Origin: Octopus sinensis
Lineage: Eukaryota
NCBI RefSeq assembly: GCF_006345805.1
Contig: NW_021825302.1
Coordinates: forward strand, 1-16,022
Reading direction: 5' to 3'
Length of the DNA: 16,022 nucleotides
Positions 8,649-16,022 of the stretch are shown here, in pieces. The first letter of the stretch is position 1. The number at the start of each line of letters is the position of its first letter. Made by a program: the position numbers and the translations under genes. The notes under the pieces are model-generated. The model had not been told where the DNA came from. It saw only the letters and a list, made by a program, of their open reading frames with translations, and ran no database searches.

Positions 8649-9046
8649 GTGGTAAGAAGCTTGCTTCCCAACCACATGGTTTCGGGTTCAGTCCCACTGC
8701 GTGGCACATTAGGCAATTGTCTTCTACTATAGCCTCGTCCCGACCAAAGCCTTGTAAGTGGATTTGGTAGGCGGAAACTGAAAGAAGCCCATCGTATATA
8801 TGTATGTATGTATATATCTATGTATGTGTGTGTGTCTTTGAGTCTGTGTTTGTCCCTCACCACCCCTTGACAACCAGTGTTGGCGTGCTTACGTCCCCGT
8901 AACTTAGCAGTTCGGCAAAAGTAACCTATAGAATAAATACCAGGCTTTAAAAAGTCCTACGGTCGATTTATTCGAATAAAAACCCTTCAAGGCGGTGCCC
9001 CAGCATGGCCTCAGAAACACAACTGAAACAAGTAAATTATAAAAGA
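8639..9046 (+). mobile_element. Family B (CORE-type) SINE, near full length, with internal microsatellite
   Basis: A-box-like TGGCTGTGGT, B-box GGTTCAGTCCC, CORE-like segment, internal (TATG)/(TG)n, then the 3' module ending ctgaaacaagtaaa. Confidence 0.88.
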
Positions 9047-9432
9047 CAGAAGATTCTCTTTGAAAGTTCAGAAAATTCTGATGACGTCAACAATAATTAG
9101 TTTACCTTCATTTACGAGTGCAAATTAAACAACAATTGTGGGTGGGTAATTGCATTACGTACGACTTCCCCCCGTTCCTCCGCTTCCACCGTTGAACTAT
9201 AAAATATTTAGCGTAGCAGACACTGCACACAGGATAGATGAGGGAATTAGGATGATGACGATGATGATGATGATGATGGCGTCAGTTTGAGCTGAGTGTA
9301 GGAAACAACAATACTGCGACTGTCCTTGGAGACTTGAAGAAAGATGGGCGTGTTTCAGAGCGAGCTACATTGACATACTAACATTGTCATTTAATATTAT
9401 CAGAATGAGAACATGGAAATAGAGGTATATAG

Positions 9433-9441
9433 ATACGCACG

Positions 9442-9472
<31 letters not shown>

Positions 9473-9555
9473 ACACACGCACACATATATATATATTGCG
9501 TTACTATATCCATGTTGCGTTTGTTGTTGTTTTGTTGTTGTTGCTGTTGTTGTTA
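9433..9555. repeat. (CA)n, (TA)n and (GTT)n microsatellites
   Basis: Directly visible. Confidence 0.85.
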
Positions 9556-9659
9556 TTGGCGAATTGACAAATGTGGCGAAACAAAATGAAAAAAAAAAAC
9601 GTCCGGGAATTGGAGACCAAAAATATGGAGGATTGAAGATTGTTCGATATTTTTGTGTC

Positions 9660-9713
9660 TATCTTCTCTCTGTCTGTCTATGTGTACGTCTCTCTCTCTC
9701 TCTCTCTCTTATA

Positions 9714-9755
<42 letters not shown>

Positions 9756-9872
9756 TTGTCTGTCTCTCAGTCTCTCTCTTCGTCTCTCTATCAATATCTA
9801 TGTCTATCTCTCTATATATATTCACACACGCACACACACACACACACACACACATCCTCACACATATACACT
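9660..9872. repeat. (CT)n/(TA)n/(CA)n compound microsatellite
   Basis: Directly visible. Confidence 0.9.
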
Positions 9873-9904
9873 CACCCAAAAGCACACATAATGAATGCTG
9901 TGTG

Positions 9905-10042
9905 AGTATCCAGTTGTTCTCATTGAATGATCGTGCAAATTGGCTGAGTATACCACAGACACGTATGCCTTTAACGTAAATCCCAACCAGAAACAGACGC
10001 AGCACATGAAAAGACTGGGCATTTGAATTACTGGTACAATCC
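9905..10042 (-). mobile_element. Decayed family C SINE fragment
   Basis: tccagttg...cgtgcaaattggctgagtataccacagacacgtatgcctttaacgta matches 2290-2378 and 3861-3948. Confidence 0.65.
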
Positions 10043-10048
10043 ACCCGG

Positions 10049-10127
10049 CGGGCTTCCGCTCAGTTTTCTTCTACCCTGTTTCATTCACAACGGTTGGGGT
10101 GACCCGAGGCTGTGATGGAAGACATCT
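10049..10127 (-). mobile_element. Decayed family B SINE fragment
   Basis: cgggcttcc..tcagtttt..tctacc..ttcattcacaa..gacccgaggctgtgatggaagaca resembles 14895-14970. Confidence 0.55.
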
Positions 10128-10144
10128 TTTTGTCAGACATAGCA

Positions 10145-10588
10145 TCTTTTATCTTTTTCTTGTTTCGATCTTTAGACTGCGGCCATACTGTGTCACCACC
10201 CTGAAGAATTTTTGTCGAACGAATCGACACCAGTACTTATTATATGTCAAAGCCTGGTACGTATTCTGTCGCTCTCTGCTGCCAAACCGCTCAGTTACAT
10301 GGACGTAAACACAACACCGGTTGTTAAGCGGCAGTGGGAGATAAATGCAGACACAAAGACAGACGCAGACAGACAGACAGGTACGCACACATGCACACAC
10401 ACACACGCACACACACACACACACGACAGGCTTCTTTCAGTATCCGTCTACAAAATCCATTCACAAGGCCTTGGTCTATCTAAAGTTATAGCAGAAGACA
10501 CTTACCCAGAGTGCTGCGCTGTGGAACTAAACTCGGAATAATGTAGATGGGAAGCCAGCTTCTTACAACAGAGCCACGCTTGCACCTA
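10145..10588 (-). mobile_element. Family B SINE, full length, diverged
   Basis: Colinear with 14641-15058, including an internal microsatellite (here CAGA/CA). Confidence 0.85.
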
Positions 10589-11019
10589 GTTTATCTAGGA
10601 CTATACTATACAATGTCCCATATATTATGATAATAACATGTCATTTTATGGAGATTTGGTTGTTATTCCTAGCAATTTTAACGCCCGTATCGCTAGAGGA
10701 GTGACTGTTCTGTCGGTGATGTTACTAGATGTAGTGTTGTTAGCTCCTTTAGTGTTTAGACCGAATTAAGCCCTGATTGAAAGTACAATAACAAGAGAAT
10801 TACAATAGGTGAAAATTCCTTCATTTTCCAGGCATTGTAAACCTGGAGCTGCATTATCTCATGTATCATGTACCTCGTCTAGCATTCTATTTTAAGATAT
10901 TGGAATGGGATTTTCAAAAAATATATGACTGCTATTTCTAGCTACTCGACGACATATCGGTTTTTCTCGTTTACAAGTTAATTCCGTTACTTTTTTCAGT
11001 TAGACAGAAAGTACTTAAA

Positions 11020-11835
11020 ACAGTTAGCCAGACGACAGATCCATGGCCAGTGTACAAGCCACTGACAACCCAGGCTGGTCATCGTGCTACCATCCACTTC
11101 GCCATTTTTTGGCTCTGCACTCACATAGAAATACTCTACTGGTAGAACCGTGTGGCTAAGATAGAAAACAATAGAAAACAATCGAAGACAGTCTTCGATT
11201 TTGTGTATTTGAAAGGGTTTTTTCAATCCAATATTTAGTTGTTATTATTTAAAGCTTCACAAAGTGGCAGAATCGTCAGCACGCCGGACAAAATGCTTAG
11301 TTCTGAGTTCAAGTTTCGCCGAAGTCGACTTTGTCTTTCGGGGTCGATAAAATAAATATCAGTCAAACACTGCGGTCGATGTTGCTGGCTTTGTGCCAAA
11401 ATTTGAAAACTGTTATGTATAGCATCATTCATTTTGAGATCCACAGTTCATCCCCACTCCCCCCCCCCCCAAAAAAAATGATTAGGTGTGGCTTTCTGGA
11501 TATTATAGCATTTTGCGATACCTTTCATAAGGATCCGATTGATAGTACCTACTGGTGATGAATAGATGTAATCTGTCTCCCAGTTAAAACAAACAAATTG
11601 ACTGTTGGATGCCTTTTATCAGAGTCCCACACTATTGTAAGCATTGAGATAAAGCCTGGGGTCTTTAATGTCTTGAGGTTTCAAATATTTTCATCTGTTT
11701 CTTGCTGAGATAACCAGACTTATAAATTAGGTCTTATTTCTCTCTGTAATTACCCGTCTGGGAAGTCCGACAAAGTATCATATAGAGCTGACCCTCATCC
11801 CCGGGTCAGCACGTAAAACATACAATAACAACAAC
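11020..11835 (+). mobile_element. Decayed RTE-like LINE 3' end interrupted by the duplication
   Basis: Fragmentary motifs RRQIHG, AGH, ILYW before the insert and FCDTFHKD, MNR after it follow RTE C-terminal order; 8-bp stem gctgaccc/gggtcagc (11787-11810) precedes an (AAC)n-like tail. Weak inference. Confidence 0.3.
11160..11493 (+). repeat. Local duplication, inserted copy (contains family A SINE at 11265-11409)
   Basis: Copy of 8331-8648; gtgtggct occurs at 11150-11157 and 11486-11493; atagaaaaca is doubled at 11161-11180. Confidence 0.95.
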
Positions 11836-11867
11836 GAGCAGGAAAGATGTAGGATTTATTTACTCAC

Positions 11868-11972
11868 CCGCTCCGTTTGATTAACATCAAAGTTTTCCAA
11901 TGAATCGGCGATGAAGGTAAGGATGTTAAGATGGTTGTTCTGGGCCGCACAGTGAAGTATGTTCATTCCTTG
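11868..11972 (-). CDS. ANKDD1A: Internal coding exon, one ankyrin repeat; ANKDD1A/B-like (ankyrin repeat and death domain-containing protein)
   Basis: Minus-strand acceptor ttctgttttttctacAG (plus 11973-11989) and donor GTGAGT (plus actcac 11862-11867) bound 105 bp, open in phase 0: QGMNILHCAAQNNHLNILTFIADSLENFDVNQTER. This fits the ankyrin G-x-x-x-L-H-x-A-A-x-x-x-H pattern. It aligns ungapped (13/35 identities) to my recollection of human ANKDD1A [35 protein letters not shown]. Ankyrin call is strong; orthology is from memory and needs BLAST. Confidence 0.88.
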
Positions 11973-12124
11973 CTGTAGAAAAAACAGAATGGAAAATGTA
12001 AACGTATATTTTTGGTGATGTCTGACGAAATGGTCTGGTTATATTGTTTTATAATGTGAAATAAATATCCATTCTATGGAATCGTACGTAATGTAATTGA
12101 ACAGTTGTTTCCAGCTATATTCTT

Positions 12125-12141
12125 TTATATATATATATATA

Positions 12142-12185
<44 letters not shown>

Positions 12186-12215
12186 GAAACATACATACAT
12201 ACATACATTTATACA

Positions 12216-12248
<33 letters not shown>

Positions 12249-12542
12249 GTGGGTGTGTGGGTGTGGGTGTATGTGTATATTATGTTAATGTGTATGTAAG
12301 TACTTGAGTGCATATTTGTATATATGTGTGCATGTGTATCGTTTTGGCATCGTGAAACACGGAAAACGCACACAAAGCATCACAGACTCACAAACACCTA
12401 CACACATACATGCCTACACGCACGCACACATACACATACATACACACACACATACATGCATGCATACATACATACATACATACATACATACATACATACA
12501 TACATACATACATGCATACATACATACATGCATTCATATATA
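12125..12542. repeat. (TA)n/(CATA)n/(TG)n/(CA)n microsatellite cluster
   Basis: Directly visible. Confidence 0.9.
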
Positions 12543-12788
12543 AAAAAAGAAAAAGCGCTACAAGATATTTTCTGTTTCTGATCGTAAAATATTTCCCAGA
12601 TGATTACAAGTCTCAGCTGTTCAACAAAACTAACATAAAGGTAAGCCAGGGCTGCACAAAAAATAAAAATACATGTTAAGTGTCATTGTACTCGAATTGC
12701 AAGCAAGAAAAACCAAAAGAGTTGATATGGAATTACTAATGTTTAGAACTTTGCTTCTAAGAGGAGAAAAATGCTTAGGAAAAGCATT

Positions 12789-12938
12789 ACATACATGCAG
12801 GCAAGCATACATACATACATACATACATACATACATACGTACGTACGTACGTACATACATACATACATATGTATGTATGTTTGTGTATGGGTGTGTATGG
12901 GTGTGTATGCACACCCATACACATGTATATACGCACAT

Positions 12939-12971
<33 letters not shown>

Positions 12972-12990
12972 ATATACATATATTATATAT
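12789..12990. repeat. (CATA)n/(CGTA)n/(TATG)n/(TA)n microsatellite cluster
   Basis: Directly visible. Confidence 0.9.
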
Positions 12991-13081
12991 ACAATTCCAA
13001 AAATACAAATGACACACCGCCATTGAAGCTGACTTAAATTTAGGTACACAACAATTAAGAAAAAGTTTATAAAAGCGTCTC

Positions 13082-13101
13082 TGTGTGCGTATGCGTGCGT
13101 T

Positions 13102-13152
<51 letters not shown>

Positions 13153-13200
13153 TGTGCATGTGTGCGTGTGTGCGTGTGTGTGTGTTGTGTATGGTGTGTG
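13082..13200. repeat. (TG)n microsatellite
   Basis: Directly visible. Confidence 0.95.
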
Positions 13201-13348
13201 TTCCTGAAAATGTATCCACCAATATTACAGTAACAAGCTGTATAATTCTCACAGAAAACATTGCTCAAAGCCGCCTGCGCTACAGCAATAGCTCGTTTCC
13301 TCGTCAAAGCTTGAAGAACGCTAGCAAACTTTGAAATAGATTTGGATA

Positions 13349-13712
13349 TCTTTATATATAAAAGAGAGGTTTTGTTTCTGTCTCCTACGATTTAGATTCC
13401 TAACTACTCCCATATTTTGCGGTGCAGTTTAACCAAAACCGGGTATCTTATAGTCGTGATTCATATCGATGAGTCTACGATTAAAAAAAATTTACCATCA
13501 TTTTTTTCCATTTTAATGCATTTTTTCGCTATTATATAAGGGAAGTAACTCTAAAAATGTCTACGATGAGTCAACGATTTAAAAAAAAAATTACCATAAG
13601 TTTTTTTCCATTTTTAATGCATTTTTTTGCTATTTTTTGGCTATAACTCTCTAAAAATGCTTATATAGCTATTTCCCTTACAAACCCGAGCAACGCCGGA
13701 CGATACTGCTAG
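13349..13712 (+). mobile_element. Non-autonomous Helitron (364 bp) with internal 97-bp tandem duplication
   Basis: A|TCTTTATATATAAA 5' end; subterminal hairpin ccg(a)gc-aac-gccgg (13686-13699) 9 nt before CTAG|T (13709-13713); A|T target without TSD; internal units start at 13467 and 13564. Confidence 0.85.
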
Positions 13713-14112
13713 TCAAGAAATAAAGGGAAATCTACCCGTGCTACATGGGAATAATACATACGGTAACAGGATTTAGAAGGTCAACATCTTTCAGAGAAAT
13801 ATCATATTTTTTAGACCTGATAGGTACAAAGGTTTTGAACTCATAATGTAAGGAAATCGTAAAATGTGATACGAGGGGGTGGGCTCATGAAATACAGCCG
13901 AGCACTTAAAACAACAAAGATAATAAGGTGCAGATCAGTAGCCAATGTTAGTAAAGAAATCCATATCGGGTATCATTGTTTGTTTGAAATTCTACAACTT
14001 ACCAATAACATAGAATTTAGTTTCGTTTTTGCATTTGGTTTGCAAGAGTTTTGATGCGAATTCATTTGTTGAAACAAATCTTGTGTCTTGGAATGGGTCA
14101 TTGTGCTAATAG

Positions 14113-14219
14113 AAATTAAATACACGCACTGGTTCAATACAACTTCTTTATTTTACCTAGTAACTATTCAACGATTCTTTAATGTACTAATTGAACCAGT
14201 GCGTGTGTTTATTTAATTT
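14113..14219. repeat. Inverted repeat, perfect 17-bp arms, 51-nt spacer
   Basis: acacgcactggttcaat (14122-14138) / attgaaccagtgcgtgt (14190-14206), extendable by aaattaaata / tatttaattt. Confidence 0.88.
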
Positions 14220-14640
14220 TTATTTGTATAATGACCTTCACTTGACACACACAAAAAGTTCAATGTGCTTAGGGTAGTTAGCAATGATAAAGAGTACCAA
14301 ATAGAACATCACCGAAGAAAGCAGAGAGTTAGAAAGATATACACGTGTTTTGTTAGATGAATGAACAAGATCGAGAATATCAATGCGGTTGATGTTGTGA
14401 CGGTCTTGGAGAGTTAGAAATATTTGGAAGTACAGACTTGGTGAGATCCAACCTATTGCGATTAATATGGTTTTATTAATATAGGGCGCAATATCCAAAA
14501 TCAGAAAGATAGATAAGAGTTCAATAAAAATAAAAGCACGTTTGATGGCAACGTTTTACCGAAATATTATCGAACCAATAAGGGACCTCGATTATGTCAC
14601 ACGACCTACTATTGAGAGCAGACAAACAGATCTAAAATCA

Positions 14641-14846
14641 TACTCATTTACTCATTTACTTGTTTCAGTCATTTGACTGCGGCCATGCTGGAGCACCGCC
14701 TTTAGTCGAGCAAATCGACCCCGGGACTTATTCTTTGTAAGCCCAGTACTTATTCTATCGGTCTCTTTTTGCCGAACCGCTAGTGACGGGGACGTAAAAA
14801 CACCAGCATCGTTGTCAGCAATGCTAGGGGGACAAACACAGACACA

Positions 14847-14895
<49 letters not shown>

Positions 14896-15058
14896 GACAG
14901 GCTTCTTTCACAGTTCCGTCTACCAATCCACTCACAAGGCATTGGTCGGCCGGGGCTATAGCAGAAGACACTTGCCCAAGGTGCCACGCAGTGAGACTGA
15001 ACCCGGAACCATGTGGTTGGTAAGCAAGCTACTTACCACACAGCCACTCCTGCGCCTA
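14641..15058 (-). mobile_element. Family B (CORE-type) SINE, full length, well preserved
   Basis: Minus strand: GGCGCAGGAGTGGCTGTGTGGTAAG (A-box), GGTTCAGTCTC (B-box), ACCTTGGGCAAGTG (CORE), internal (TA)n, 3' module, short AATGAGTA repeat tail. CORE-type tRNA SINEs (OR families) are established in octopus; exact family not assigned. Confidence 0.92.
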
Positions 15059-15469
15059 TACCATAATGTTTTAAAAATTTAGGAATTATTAGATAATACA
15101 GTACTAGATGTACTAAGTTTCAATAAAAGACGGGATGGTCACGGGTAGATATTTTTGATCAAAGGTGTTCTTAATAAGGATTGACATCAGTTTAAGAACA
15201 ACAACGATAGCGACCACAACAACCACCACTACTACGGCTACTACTGAACTAGCGTCACCATCTTAGAAATACTATATCAATTTTGATAGCATCATACAAA
15301 CTTGACAGCGACAGCCAGATGTTTATTTTGTAAATGAAGAAATTCTAGATATTCACAGAGTTGATATGAATTGCAAACAGGAGCTAAAATGGTGCTAACG
15401 ATGAGTAAAAATATACGTGATAGCCAGAAATATTAGGGGAATTATTAAAAAAAAAAAAAGAAACACCTG

Positions 15470-15700
15470 GTTAAAGAGATATTATCAAAATATATCTAGG
15501 TAGGAGCATTATATTTGGGTAATGATATTATTGAAGGAATTCTGAGTAGTGATATAATTACGGACATCAGCGTTAAAGAATTATTAAAAATATCCAAGAA
15601 GATATATTAAAGAATAACTGAGTGAAGATATTATCAAAATATAATATGGCTAGGTGGAGATATTGCTAAAGAATTTCTTGCAGAGATATTTTTTTTATTG
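15470..15700 (+). repeat. Degenerate AT-rich minisatellite, about 27-bp unit
   Basis: Recurring gt(g/a)..gatatt(a/g)..aaa..a..tct(g/a) units; agatattatcaaaatata occurs near 15477 and near 15626. Confidence 0.45.
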
Positions 15701-16022
15701 GAAATTATTTCCAATAAGGTGGCAAGAAAGCAATAATAAAACAGGCCTCAAGTAATAACCTAGTTTTGAGGGAGTTACAGAACGAAGCAGAAAAAGAAAA
15801 AAACACTTTAATTCTGTAAAACCCATAAAACGACCAGAACCGGTTTTATAAGAATCAATGTTTTATCATGTTGGGGAAAGAAGAAGAGAGTTCCATCAGG
15901 CAGATGTTAGAGAAATGAAACTTACGGCATAGGGCGAAAGAACAACGACGAAGGAAAATTAATAAAAAGGAGAGTCATTCGATTAATAAGCTTAAGAGGG
16001 GATGAAAATTTCGACAGGGCAA

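Noticed and set aside
9106-9196. Minus-strand exon candidate with AG/GT ends
   Set aside because: Stop codons in all three frames.
13869-13895. TACGAGGG mariner-like TIR start
   Set aside because: No matching CCCTCGTA partner end found in the window.
14370-14440. INAVDVVTVLES*KYLEV, resembling an RT KYLG motif
   Set aside because: Single short degenerate motif; insufficient to call a LINE fragment.
15650-15690. VEILLKNF, an ankyrin-helix-like reading on the plus strand
   Set aside because: Wrong strand for the gene, lies in a degenerate minisatellite with stops, and lacks the LH-AA motif.

Overview
Eukaryotic, AT-rich, almost entirely intronic DNA. The tRNA-derived SINEs match my recollection of octopus (Octopus sp.) repeats; this is recognition, not a database result. 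One convincing coding exon lies on the minus strand (11868-11972, 105 bp, phase 0/0, AG/GT sites). It encodes one ankyrin repeat resembling ANKDD1A/B, so most of the window is probably intron of that gene. The rest comprises microsatellites (roughly a fifth by eye), three SINE families (labelled A, B, C here), a non-autonomous Helitron, a MITE-like TIR element, decayed LINE relics, several fold-back palindromes and a local 318-bp templated duplication. The most unusual items are a head-to-tail SINE trimer joined at a palindromic junction, and the duplication, which carries repair-like junction signatures. All supplied ORFs look spurious (microsatellite- or SINE-derived); the real exon is not in the ORF track.
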